Position numbers and translations under genes: made by a program. The notes beneath the pieces were generated by a model that was not told the origin of the DNA, ran no database searches, and worked only from the letters and a program-made list of their open reading frames with translations. A DNA stretch of 64,000 nt from an uncultured Candidatus Binatia bacterium (lineage in GTDB: Bacteria; Desulfobacterota; Binatia; UBA9968; JAJDTQ01): assembly GCA_965215605.1 (NCBI GenBank), contig OZ244070.1:3895973-3959972 (forward strand). The letters run 5' to 3'. Of this stretch, positions 39,880-49,466 are shown one piece after another; the stretch's first letter is position 1, and each line of letters starts with the position of its first letter.

Positions 39880-41448
39880 ATGTTGAACGCTTCGAAGAGT
39901 CTACTTCTGTTCCTGTTTCTCGTGCTCCCATTGACTCTGGCCGCGCCGGCGTTCGCGGCCGACTCCGGAAAGACGCTCCGCTACGCCGCCGGAAGCTTCG
40001 GCGAGGAATCCATGGATCCCACCCGCACCTCCATCAGCGCCTCGCTGGGGCTGGTGGGGCCGCTGTGGGACTGGCTCACGGAGATCGACGCCGCCGGCAA
40101 GCTCTCGCCGGGACTGGCGTTGAGTTGGAAGCCCGGGGCGGACGGGAAATCCTGGACCTTCAAACTGCGGCCCGGGGTCAAGTTCCACGACGGCAGCGAG
40201 ATGACCGCCGAGGACGTGCAGTTCACCCTGATGGAGGGGTTTCGCCGTCCCAAGGCCAAGGCCTCCCGGGTGCGCCAGTTCCGCAAGGGCATCAAGGACG
40301 TAAAGGTCGTCGACCGCCATACGGTGACCGTGGTCACGGCGAAACCATGGCCTACCTTTCCGAATGACATGTCCTTTCAGCCCGGCATCGAAGGCATCGT
40401 GCTCCCCAAGGCCTACATCAAGAAGGTCGGCTGGGACGGCTTCGCCCAGAAGCCCGTAGGCACCGGGCCCTGGAAGTTCGTCAAGCACGAGGTCGGCAAC
40501 TTCATCGAGTTCGAGGCCGTGAAGGACCACTGGCGCAAGGCGCCGAACTTCGACCGCCTGCGCACCGTGCTGGTGAAGGAGGCGTCCACTCGCGTGGCCA
40601 TGCTGAAGACCGGCCAGGTGGACGTGGCGCGGATCTCGCTGGACGAGGTCCAGGAAGTGAGCAAGGCCGGTTTCAAGATCGCCGAGGACCCCCAGCCCAC
40701 GTCCGTGCGTATCCACCTCTACGCCACCTACTATGACAAGGCCGGCCCGGTGAAGGACGTGCGCGTGCGCCAGGCCCTGAACCTGGCGGTCAACAGGCAG
40801 GAGATCGTGGACACGCTCCTGCACGGCAAGGGCAAGCCGGCGGCGGTGTTCCCCAGCTCTCCCATCTCCATCGGCTATCCCGCGGACCTGAAGCCGTACC
40901 CCTATGACCCGGCCAAGGCCAGGAAGCTGCTGGCCGAAGCGGGCTATCCCAACGGTTTCTCCATCAAGCTGTTCGCGCTGCCCACGGGCGGCTTCACACA
41001 GTACCTCCAACTTGCCGAGATCGTGGCCGGGTACTGGGAGGCCATCGGAGTCAGGACCAGCATCGTCCCCACCGACATCGGGGCGTTCCGTCCGCTCTAC
41101 ATCGCCAACCCGCAATCCCCCAAGATCGTCGGGCAAGCCGGCACCTTCGCCACCACCGGACGGCTCAACGGCTCCGACAGCCTCCGCATCTGGTGGTCGG
41201 CAAAGGGCAGGATCATCAAGATGGCCGACACCGTGGACGACATCGCCAGCAAAGCCGCGGGTGAAGCCTCCATCGACGGCATCGCGGCCCAGGTCAAGAA
41301 GGCTTACAAGATACTCCACAACGAGTACCGCGGCGTGCCCATCGCCGACGTCAAGGGAATTCTGTGGGGCTACGGCAACCAGGTCAAGGACATCCAGTTG
41401 CGGCCCCACCGGGGCTATATCGAGCCCAGCCTGGTGACTGCCAGGTAG
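39880..41448 (+). CDS. ABC substrate-binding protein, family 5 (Dpp/Opp/Nik)
   Basis: Signal peptide ending APAFA; WTFKLRPGVKFHDG, PVGTGPWKF, VRQALNLAVNR, YDPAKARKLLAEAGYPNG. Confidence 0.92.
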   Translation: MLNASKSLLLFLFLVLPLTLAAPAFAADSGKTLRYAAGSFGEESMDPTRTSISASLGLVGPLWDWLTEIDAAGKLSPGLALSWKPGADGKSWTFKLRPGVKFHDGSEMTAEDVQFTLMEGFRRPKAKASRVRQFRKGIKDVKVVDRHTVTVVTAKPWPTFPNDMSFQPGIEGIVLPKAYIKKVGWDGFAQKPVGTGPWKFVKHEVGNFIEFEAVKDHWRKAPNFDRLRTVLVKEASTRVAMLKTGQVDVARISLDEVQEVSKAGFKIAEDPQPTSVRIHLYATYYDKAGPVKDVRVRQALNLAVNRQEIVDTLLHGKGKPAAVFPSSPISIGYPADLKPYPYDPAKARKLLAEAGYPNGFSIKLFALPTGGFTQYLQLAEIVAGYWEAIGVRTSIVPTDIGAFRPLYIANPQSPKIVGQAGTFATTGRLNGSDSLRIWWSAKGRIIKMADTVDDIASKAAGEASIDGIAAQVKKAYKILHNEYRGVPIADVKGILWGYGNQVKDIQLRPHRGYIEPSLVTAR

Positions 41449-41542
41449 GCAAGCGCGACAGTTGCGGGAGGTGGCCCGTACCACACGAATCGCCAGCGGT
41501 TCGAACGGTGCGGGCCAGGCGCCTCCCGATCACGAAAATCCC

Positions 41543-42466
41543 ATGCAACGCTACATCGCCGGCAGGCTGATCCAGTGCCTTGTCACGTTGCTGGTGATCA
41601 GCCTGCTGGTATTCGCTCTGGCGCGACTTACCGGTAACCCGCTGGACGTGATGCTGCCCATCGACGCCTCGGCCGAGATCCAGGAAGAGATGAGCCGGGA
41701 GCTCGGGCTGGACCAGCCCGTCTACGTCCAGTACGCGCGGTTCGTGCAGAGCCTGCTGCACGGCGACCTGGGAACGTCGATCCGCACCCGCAAACCCGTG
41801 GCCGAGCTCATCGGCCTGCGGCTTCCCAACACCCTGAAGCTCGTGTCGTTCTCGACGGGCATGGCGCTCTTGATAGCCTTGCCGCTGGGGGTCATCGCGG
41901 CCACGCGGAAGGGCGGGTTCTGGGACGTGGCGGCGCGCACCGTGGCGCTGTTCGGCCAGTCCGTACCCACCTTCTGGGCCGGCATCGTGCTGATATCCAT
42001 CTTCGCGGTCAACCTCGACATCCTGCCCGCCGGCCGCAAGGAGGGCATCGAGTCGTACGTGCTGCCGGCCGTGACCCTGGGCCTTTTCGGCTTCATGCTT
42101 GCGGGGGTGGTGCGGCTCTTGCGCGGCTCCATGCTGGACGTGCTGGACAGCGAGTACGTCAAGTTCGCGCGCATGAAGGGCTTGGCCGAATCGGTGGTGA
42201 CCTGGAAGCACGCCCTCAAGAACGCGTTGATTCCGGTGGTGACCTTCGTCGGGTTCTACTTCGGCATCCTCATGGCCGGCAGCGTGGTGGTGGAGACCGT
42301 GTTCGCCTGGCCGGGCATCGGACGGCTGGCCTTCGAGGCGGTCCAGTGGCGCGACTACCCGGTGATCCAGGGCGTGGTGCTGCTGGTGTCCACCATCATC
42401 CTGGTGGCCAATCTGGTGGTGGACATCCTGTACGCCTACATCGATCCCCGGATTCGCTATGGCTGA
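41543..42466 (+). CDS. ABC permease, DppB/OppB-like
   Basis: LGLDQP...QY, GDLGTS, YVKFARMKGL, KHALKNALIP, VETVFAWPGIG, DPRIR. Confidence 0.93.
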   Translation: MQRYIAGRLIQCLVTLLVISLLVFALARLTGNPLDVMLPIDASAEIQEEMSRELGLDQPVYVQYARFVQSLLHGDLGTSIRTRKPVAELIGLRLPNTLKLVSFSTGMALLIALPLGVIAATRKGGFWDVAARTVALFGQSVPTFWAGIVLISIFAVNLDILPAGRKEGIESYVLPAVTLGLFGFMLAGVVRLLRGSMLDVLDSEYVKFARMKGLAESVVTWKHALKNALIPVVTFVGFYFGILMAGSVVVETVFAWPGIGRLAFEAVQWRDYPVIQGVVLLVSTIILVANLVVDILYAYIDPRIRYG

Positions 42467-43370
42467 CTCCGGCATCACCGTAACGGCCGACACCGGAATG
42501 GCCGTCTCTGCGAGCGATCTTCCCGGATCGGTGCGCGCCCGCGGGCGCAGGGTGCTGGTGGTCCCGTTGTTGATCCTCCTCCTCTTTGGAGGCCTCGGGG
42601 TGCTGGCCGACGTCGTGGCCCCCTATCCCCCCAACAAGATCGCGCTCAGGGCACGCCTGCTGCCGCCGGCGTGGCAGGAGGGAGGCAGGCTGGCCCACCC
42701 GCTCGGCACCGACCGGCTGGGCCGTGACATGACCAGCCGCATCATCCACGGCGCGCGCGTGTCCATTGCCGCGGGCCTGGCGGCCGTGGCCGTGGGCGGC
42801 GTCATCGGCACCCTGCTGGGGCTTGTCTCGGGCTACTTCGGGCGCTGGGTCGACACCCTCATCATGCGCGCCACCGACGCCATGCTGTCGCTTCCCATCA
42901 TACTCATCGCGCTGCTGTTCGCCGTGGTGTTCGGCCCGAGCTTCCGGAACCTGATCCTGGTCCTGGGGCTGGTGATGTGGGCGAGGTTCGCCCGGCTCGT
43001 GCGCGGCGAGGTGCTGACCTGGAAGGAGCGGGAGTTCGTGGCCCTGGCCCGGGTGGCGGGCTGCTCCTCGTTCCGGATCCTCCAGCGCCACATCTTCCCC
43101 AACATCGTCAACCCGCTGGTGGTGCTGGCCACCCTGCAGGTGGGTTGGGTGATCATCGTGGAGGCATCGCTCAGCTTCCTCGGCGCGGGGATCCCGCCGC
43201 CCACGCCGTCATGGGGAGCGATGATCGCGGACGGCCGGGCGCACATCACCACGGCCTGGTGGCTGTCGTTCTTCCCGGGCGTGGCGCTGGTGCTGGTGGT
43301 GCTCTCCATCAACCTGCTGGGCGACTGGCTCAGGGACTTCCTGGATCCCAGGACGCGGAACCTGACGTGA
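42459..43370 (+). CDS. ABC permease, DppC/OppC-like
   Basis: HPLGTDRLGRD, GARVSI, EFVALAR..G, EASLSFLGAG.PPPTPSWG, NLLGDWLRD. Confidence 0.93.
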   Translation: MADSGITVTADTGMAVSASDLPGSVRARGRRVLVVPLLILLLFGGLGVLADVVAPYPPNKIALRARLLPPAWQEGGRLAHPLGTDRLGRDMTSRIIHGARVSIAAGLAAVAVGGVIGTLLGLVSGYFGRWVDTLIMRATDAMLSLPIILIALLFAVVFGPSFRNLILVLGLVMWARFARLVRGEVLTWKEREFVALARVAGCSSFRILQRHIFPNIVNPLVVLATLQVGWVIIVEASLSFLGAGIPPPTPSWGAMIADGRAHITTAWWLSFFPGVALVLVVLSINLLGDWLRDFLDPRTRNLT

Positions 43371-43485
43371 GCCGGGCGTGTCGAGGATGCCGTGGACGAC
43401 GACCCGCCGCCGGCCAACAAAATCTGTGGACTTTCGCCCGTTGATGTGTGACACGACATGACACGTCACCAGAGGAGGCTCTACC

Positions 43486-44202
43486 ATGTACGGTTATCGC
43501 GCCCGCGTCGGTTATACGTCGCCCCCCTACCTGACCGAGACCTTCCCCTACGAGTTCTACAAGATGGTCCCTGAGGGCGTGACGCTCGTGCTCACCACCC
43601 TGGCCATCAAGAAGCTCACCGAGCAGGAAACCACCCGCAGCGTGGAGATGACCCTGGAGGCGGCCCGGGAAATGGGCAAAGCCGGGGTCGACATCATGGT
43701 CTTCGGCGGCGTCCCGCTCAACCTGTCGTTGGGCTACGACGGACTCGACGAGACCCTGCGCCAAACCGAGGAAGAGATCGGCGTTCCCGTCACCTCCAGC
43801 ATCACCGCGCAGGTCAATGCGCTGCGGGCCGTGGGCGCCGAGAAGCTGGTCCTGCTTCATCCCTTCACCGATCCCGAGGGTTTCCACGCGGAGTACGTGA
43901 CCCACTACGGCTTCAATCTGCTGGGGTTCAGAGGCGCCCGGAAGACCGTGGCGGATCTCGCCACCATCTCGCAGGACGACGTGAAGGCCCTCGCCGAAGC
44001 TCTCTACCGCGACCACCCCGACGCCGACACCATCTACATACCGGCACCCCACTGGGGCATCATCGAGATCATCGAGCCGCTGGAGCAGGAGCTCGGCGTC
44101 AACGTGATCATCGCCATACAGGCCATCGTGTGGGAGACGCTGCGACGCACCGGCGTCAACGACCGCATCAACGGCTACGGCCGGCTGCTGCGGGAGCACT
44201 AG
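43486..44202 (+). CDS. Asp/Glu racemase / maleate isomerase / AMDase-fold protein with no cysteine
   Basis: [15 protein letters not shown]...[17 protein letters not shown]...QA.VW, GYGRLL. Confidence 0.75.
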   Translation: MYGYRARVGYTSPPYLTETFPYEFYKMVPEGVTLVLTTLAIKKLTEQETTRSVEMTLEAAREMGKAGVDIMVFGGVPLNLSLGYDGLDETLRQTEEEIGVPVTSSITAQVNALRAVGAEKLVLLHPFTDPEGFHAEYVTHYGFNLLGFRGARKTVADLATISQDDVKALAEALYRDHPDADTIYIPAPHWGIIEIIEPLEQELGVNVIIAIQAIVWETLRRTGVNDRINGYGRLLREH

Positions 44203-44214
44203 ACCGGATCCGGA

Positions 44215-45183
44215 TCAGAACAGGTGGCACGCCACCCTGCGCTCCGGAGCCGCCTCCTGGAGCGCCGGCTCCTCTTCCGCGCACCGGGCCATGGCGAAGG
44301 GGCAGCGGGGGTGGAAACGGCAGCCGGAGGGCGGGTTCATGGGGTTGGGAACTTCGCCCGCCACCACGACCTCGTCCGCATCCTGCCCGGGCCGGATCGG
44401 CAGGGCGGCGGCGATGAGCGCTTTCGTGTAGGGATGCAATGGCTCGGCGTACAGCGCGTCCGCCTTCCCTTCCTCGACGATCCTTCCCAGGTACATGACC
44501 GCGACCCGGTGGCTCAGGTGCCGGGACACGGCCAGGTCGTGGGTGATGAGGAGATAGCTCAGGCCGTGCTGGTCCTGAAGGTCCTTCAAGAGGTTGATGA
44601 TCTGGCTTCGGATGGAGGCGTCGAGAGAGGCCACGGGCTCGTCCAGGACGATCAACCGCGAATGGGTGACCAGGGCACGGGCCAGGGCGATGCGCTGCCG
44701 CTGACCGCCGCTGAACTCGTGGGGATAGAGCCGGGCGAACGCCTCGTCCAGGTTGACGTCCCCCAGGACCTCGGCGACGCGCTCGCGTACCGCCTTCCGG
44801 GGAAGCCCGGCGTTCACTTCCAGCGGCTCGCCGACGATGTCGCCCACCCGCATCCTGGGATTCAGGGAGCTTTGGGGATCCTGAAACACTGCCTGCACGG
44901 TGCTCCGGTAACGTTGCAGGTCGGCGCCCGACATCTCCTGCAGGCTGACTCCCTCGTAGAGCATCTCGCCGCCGGTGGGGCGCTCCAACAACAGCACCAT
45001 CCTGGCCGTGGTGCTCTTGCCGCAACCGGACTCTCCCACCAGTCCCAGGGTCTCGCCGCCGTCAATGTGGAAGCTGACGTCCTCGACGGCGTGGATCCAG
45101 CCCACGTTGCCGCCGAGGATCAAGCCCTTGGTCACGGGGAAACGCTTACTGACGTTCCTGGCTTCAAGAAGCGCGGGATTCAT
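44215..45183 (-). CDS. ABC ATP-binding protein, DppF/OppF-like
   Basis: [26 protein letters not shown]-terminal GCRFHPRCP...ACH. Confidence 0.95.
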   Translation of the reverse strand: MNPALLEARNVSKRFPVTKGLILGGNVGWIHAVEDVSFHIDGGETLGLVGESGCGKSTTARMVLLLERPTGGEMLYEGVSLQEMSGADLQRYRSTVQAVFQDPQSSLNPRMRVGDIVGEPLEVNAGLPRKAVRERVAEVLGDVNLDEAFARLYPHEFSGGQRQRIALARALVTHSRLIVLDEPVASLDASIRSQIINLLKDLQDQHGLSYLLITHDLAVSRHLSHRVAVMYLGRIVEEGKADALYAEPLHPYTKALIAAALPIRPGQDADEVVVAGEVPNPMNPPSGCRFHPRCPFAMARCAEEEPALQEAAPERRVACHLF

Positions 45184-46180
45184 GCTCGTCCTTCTCGTGC
45201 AGCCAGCAGGACACGTGGTGGTCCGCACCTATTCGGGTCACCGGCGGAGACTCCGACCGGCAGATATCCATGGCTTTGGGACAGCGCGGCGCGAACGCGC
45301 AGCCCGGCGGCAGGTCGTACACCACCGGCGGACTGCCCTCGATGGACGGGAAACGGTGGACCTTGCGGTCCATGCGCGGGACGGACTGCAGCAAGGCTTC
45401 CGTATAGGGATGCGCGGGCCGTTCGAACAGTGCGTCCACCGTCAACTGCTCGACGATCTTGCCGGCGTACATGACCGCCACCCGGTCGCAGATTTGCGCC
45501 AGGGTGGCCAGGTCGTGGGTGATGTAGATGATGGAAAGGTTCGACTCCCTCTGGAGCTCCTTCAGGAGCCGCAGATACTGGGCCTGGATGGTGACGTCCA
45601 AAGAGGTGGTGGGCTCGTCGGCAATCAGGAGCCTGGGGCCGGCCGCGATGGCCGTGGCGCCCACCACCCGCTGGCGCATGCCGCCGCTGAACTGGTGCGG
45701 GTAGTCCCTGAGACGCGACTCCGGCGCGGGAATGCGCACGAGGCTCAAGAGCTTCGAGACCCTTTCCCAAAGGCGGGAACGCGGGACGACGCCGTGGACC
45801 CGCAACGGCTCCGCCACCTGGTTGCCGATGGTGAACACCGGATTCAGGGTGCTCAGGGGATCCTGGAGGATCATGGCGATCTCTTTGCCCCGGACCCGGC
45901 GCATGTCCCGCTCCGGTATCCTCAGCAGGTCCCGGCCCCGGAACAGCACCTGACCCGAGATGATGCGCCCGGCCGGTCGCGGCACCAGCCGCAGGATGGA
46001 GAGGCTGGTCATGCTCTTGCCGCAGCCGGACTCGCCCAGGAGGCCCAGCGACTCCCCCCGGTTCAGCTTGAAGGAGACACCATCCACGGCCTTGCCCGTT
46101 CCCGAGCGAGTGAAGAAGTACGTTCTGAGGTCCTTGACTTCGAGCAGGGGTGCAGGCGCGGCGCTGGATTCGGTATCCAT
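45164..46180 (-). CDS. ABC ATP-binding protein, DppD/OppD-like
   Basis: [37 protein letters not shown]. Confidence 0.95.
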   Translation of the reverse strand: MDTESSAAPAPLLEVKDLRTYFFTRSGTGKAVDGVSFKLNRGESLGLLGESGCGKSMTSLSILRLVPRPAGRIISGQVLFRGRDLLRIPERDMRRVRGKEIAMILQDPLSTLNPVFTIGNQVAEPLRVHGVVPRSRLWERVSKLLSLVRIPAPESRLRDYPHQFSGGMRQRVVGATAIAAGPRLLIADEPTTSLDVTIQAQYLRLLKELQRESNLSIIYITHDLATLAQICDRVAVMYAGKIVEQLTVDALFERPAHPYTEALLQSVPRMDRKVHRFPSIEGSPPVVYDLPPGCAFAPRCPKAMDICRSESPPVTRIGADHHVSCWLHEKDEHESRAS

Positions 46181-46241
46181 GGGCTACCTCGACGACGCGG
46201 GCATCTTGACACAAAAACGGCGGTAGTAGTAACCACGAATC

Positions 46242-47438
46242 ATGGAAGATTTCACCCACACCCTGGTCATCGACGCCGACGGGCACGTCAACGAGGGGGA
46301 CATCGACTTCGCGCCCTGGCTGCCCGAGAAGTACAAGTCGCTGGCGCCGGTTCGCCTCAAGGACAACCGAGGCGGCAACCGGCTGCTGCTGGAGGGCCGC
46401 ATCTGGCCAGCCAACGAGGGGCCCGGCCCCGGGGTGACGGGCCCCATGACCGCGGAGGCGCGCAAGGGTCGTCCTGGAATGACCGACCCGAAGGAACGCC
46501 TCAAGGACATGGACCTCGAGGGCATCGACGTGGCGGTGATCTTCGGCACCCAGATCGCCCTGACGGTCAACGGGCTGATGGACAAGGGCCTGGCGGGCGC
46601 GCTCTGTCATGCGGTCAACGAATGGCTGCTGGAGTACTGTTCCGCGGACAAGCGGCGCCTGCGCGCCGTGGGCCTCATCCCCTGCCAGGACCCGGAGGCG
46701 GCGGTGCGGGAGCTCCACTACCTGGCCGAGCACGGCGCCACCACCGCCATGCTCCCCACCAACGTCTATGGCCGCAACATGGGCGACCCCAGGTTCGAAC
46801 CCATCTACGCCGCCGCCCAGGAGATCGGCATGCCGCTCTCGGTTCACCCGCAGACCGGGCACGACGGCGTTCCCGGCGTGTCCGGGGTCATGGGCGCCGG
46901 CAGCCGGCGCTTCTACAAGTACGTCTACGTCCACATGACGGCGTTTCCCTTCGAATTGATGATCGCCATGATGCACATGCTCGGAGAAGGTGTCTTCGAC
47001 CGCTATCCCCGCCTCAAGGTGGCCTACATGGAGGGCGCCGCCGGATGGCTGCCATTCTGGATGGAACGCCTGGACGAACACATGGAGAAGCTGGCGCCGC
47101 AAATGCCCGAGATGCGGCGGCGTCCCAGCGAGGTGATCCGGAGCGAGCAGCTCGTGCTGTCATGCGAGTCCGAGGAGACCGGACTGGACCGGGTGCTGGA
47201 CGCTTCCGGACCGGCCACCGTGCTGTACGCCTCGGACTATTGCCACTGGGACTGCCACTTCCCCTATTCCGTCCGGGATGTCATCTCGGGCGACGATATG
47301 AGTTTCGAACAAAAGGAGCTGGTGCTCTACAAGAACGCCGTCGAGTTCTTCGACCTGAAGGACCTGCCGGAGCCCAACGCTCTGCCCAAGGCCATGGGCT
47401 CGTGGGAAGACTGGAACGGCGGGGTCCCGCCGGCCTAG
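46242..47438 (+). CDS. Amidohydrolase_2 family protein
   Basis: IDADGH, MDLEGID, LSVHP, MEGAAGWLP, ASDYCHWD. Confidence 0.92.
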   Translation: MEDFTHTLVIDADGHVNEGDIDFAPWLPEKYKSLAPVRLKDNRGGNRLLLEGRIWPANEGPGPGVTGPMTAEARKGRPGMTDPKERLKDMDLEGIDVAVIFGTQIALTVNGLMDKGLAGALCHAVNEWLLEYCSADKRRLRAVGLIPCQDPEAAVRELHYLAEHGATTAMLPTNVYGRNMGDPRFEPIYAAAQEIGMPLSVHPQTGHDGVPGVSGVMGAGSRRFYKYVYVHMTAFPFELMIAMMHMLGEGVFDRYPRLKVAYMEGAAGWLPFWMERLDEHMEKLAPQMPEMRRRPSEVIRSEQLVLSCESEETGLDRVLDASGPATVLYASDYCHWDCHFPYSVRDVISGDDMSFEQKELVLYKNAVEFFDLKDLPEPNALPKAMGSWEDWNGGVPPA

Positions 47439-47448
47439 TGTCCTGCAC

Positions 47449-47469
47449 GGGCCTCCGCCGCAATGACGC
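47449..47469. repeat. Degenerate REP-like palindrome
   Basis: GGGCCTCCGCCGCAATGACG; shares the -AATGACG end of the dRS3-like family. Confidence 0.3.
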
Positions 47470-47503
47470 GCCCCGGCGTCGGACAACCGAACGGAGGAAC
47501 CTC

Positions 47504-48214
47504 ATGGAGAACCACGCGCGCATCGGCCTGATCATTCCGTCCGCCAACCGACTCACGGAGCCCCAGTTCAACCAATACGCGCCGGGTGACGTGGACATCC
47601 ACGTCACCCGGCTGCGCATGACCGGAAAGTGGAGCAAACCCCTTGACCAGCTCCAGGCCGCCATCGAGGAAGCCTCGGCTGTCTTGTCCGACACCAGCCC
47701 GGACGTGATCGTGTTCCACTGCACGGCAAACTCCATGGAGGGAGGCCTCGACGGCGAGAAACGCATCACCGAGTGGGTCGGCCAGGCGAGCGGATGCACT
47801 GCCGTAACCACCAGCCAAGCCATCACCGAGGCGCTCAACGAACTCGCCATCGGCAAGCTCGTGCTCATCAGCCCCTACGTGGAGGAAACGAACCAAGCAG
47901 AGATGCGCTACATGACGGAAGCCGGCTTCGAGGTGATTCACGAGTTGGGCCTGGGCCTTGCCGGAAGCGACGACTACATCGCGGTGACCCCGGACGAGTG
48001 GCTGGACATCACCTGCGACAACGCCCGCTCCGAGGCCGAGGGCTACTTCCTGAGCTGCACCAACACGCGCATGATCGAGACCATCGAGGCGGTGGAGAGC
48101 CGCCTCGCCCGCCCGGTGGTGTCCAGCAACCAAGCGGCCCTGTGGGCCTGCCTGCGACGCATGGGCCGGCCGACGTCGATCCCGGGGCTGGGGCGCCTGT
48201 GCGCGGAGGGTTGA
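47504..48214 (+). CDS. Maleate cis-trans isomerase / Asp-Glu racemase family protein
   Basis: RIGLIIPSAN; FHCTA and LSCTN (two catalytic Cys); PVVSSNQA, PGLGRL; GGAGG RBS. Confidence 0.88.
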   Translation: MENHARIGLIIPSANRLTEPQFNQYAPGDVDIHVTRLRMTGKWSKPLDQLQAAIEEASAVLSDTSPDVIVFHCTANSMEGGLDGEKRITEWVGQASGCTAVTTSQAITEALNELAIGKLVLISPYVEETNQAEMRYMTEAGFEVIHELGLGLAGSDDYIAVTPDEWLDITCDNARSEAEGYFLSCTNTRMIETIEAVESRLARPVVSSNQAALWACLRRMGRPTSIPGLGRLCAEG

Positions 48215-48347
48215 CCCGGGTCCGCGCACGCTCTGGCGGACCTTTCACGTTTGACAACCCCTCGCCGCCGGCAGTAAAAACAACCACGGGCACCGTCCGT
48301 GCTTCCGCGCGTCCCGACCGCGGTGCCGATTCTCCAAGGAGGCTATC

Positions 48348-49439
48348 ATGGCAGGAGTCATCGATGCGGATACGCATATCGCCGAGCCCGAGGCGATGTG
48401 GAAGTTCTTTGACGAGGACATGTACCCGCGCCGTCCGGTGCTGACGTCCATCACCGACGACACGCTGTACGGGGCCCGCAACAAGTTCTGGCTCATCGAC
48501 GGGAACATCTTCCCCAAGCCGTCGGGCAAGGGCGGCTTTCGGCTGGTGACGCCGGCGGCCTCCGATCTGGAAACGGCACGGAACGACAGCCTCGTGGCCA
48601 GCCGCGAGATCACCGACGTGGGCGTGCGGCTCGCGGACATGGACCGCCTCGGCGTCGAGAAGCAGGTGATCTATCCCACGCTGTTCCTGGTCTATCTCAC
48701 CGACGACGTGGACCTCGAGATCGCGCTCTGCAAGGCCTACAACCGTTACATGTGGGAGATCCAAGAGAAGGCCGAGGGACGCATGCGCTGGACCGCCGTG
48801 CTGCCGCTGGGCTCGGTGGAGGAGTCGGTGAAGGAGATGCGGCTCGCCAAGGAGCACGGCGCGGTGGGGATATTCTTCCGCGGCATGGAGGGGGAGCGGA
48901 CCCTGGACGACCCCTACTTCTTCCCGGTGTACGAGGAGGCCAACTCTCTGGAGTTGCCCATCTGCATCCACACGGGCTCGGGCTGCCCGACGCTGACCAA
49001 CATGTTCAACCTCGAGCGCAACCATACGTTCGCCCACGGCAGGGTGCTGCCCATCTTCGCCTTCCGGGACATCATCCACAACCGCATCCCGGAGATGTTC
49101 CCGAAGCTCCGGTTCGGTTTCATCGAGGCTTCGGCGGGCTGGGTGCCGTTCCTGCTGCACATCCTGCGGCGCCTGCTGAAGCAGCAGTTCAAGTTCGATT
49201 CCAGCGTCGAGCTGTTCCAGAAGTACCGGCTGTTCGTGGCCTGCGAGGCGGACGAGGACATCCCGTACCTGATCCGCCACATGGGCGAGGACAACATCGT
49301 CATCGGCTCCGACTATGGCCACAACGATCCCTCGTTCGAGCCCGAGCTGGCACGGACCATCCGCGCCCGGGAAGACTTGTCCCCGACCATCGCGGACAAG
49401 ATCCTGTACGAGAACCCGCGGCAGCTCTACAACCTCTGA
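48348..49439 (+). CDS. Amidohydrolase_2 family protein
   Basis: IDADTH, IYPT, CIHTG, IEASAGW, GSDYGHND. Confidence 0.92.
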   Translation: MAGVIDADTHIAEPEAMWKFFDEDMYPRRPVLTSITDDTLYGARNKFWLIDGNIFPKPSGKGGFRLVTPAASDLETARNDSLVASREITDVGVRLADMDRLGVEKQVIYPTLFLVYLTDDVDLEIALCKAYNRYMWEIQEKAEGRMRWTAVLPLGSVEESVKEMRLAKEHGAVGIFFRGMEGERTLDDPYFFPVYEEANSLELPICIHTGSGCPTLTNMFNLERNHTFAHGRVLPIFAFRDIIHNRIPEMFPKLRFGFIEASAGWVPFLLHILRRLLKQQFKFDSSVELFQKYRLFVACEADEDIPYLIRHMGEDNIVIGSDYGHNDPSFEPELARTIRAREDLSPTIADKILYENPRQLYNL

Positions 49440-49466
49440 GCCCGTACGCCAAGTGAGCCGCATGCC

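Noticed and set aside
38077-41448. 1123-aa ORF suggesting a large fusion with the ABC substrate-binding protein
   Set aside because: The upstream part overlaps argC and the TauE gene; the real gene starts at 39880 with an AAGGAGG RBS and a signal peptide.
44975-48214. 1079-aa ORF ending in a maleate isomerase domain
   Set aside because: Only 47504..48214 is protein-like and has its own RBS; the rest overlaps other genes.
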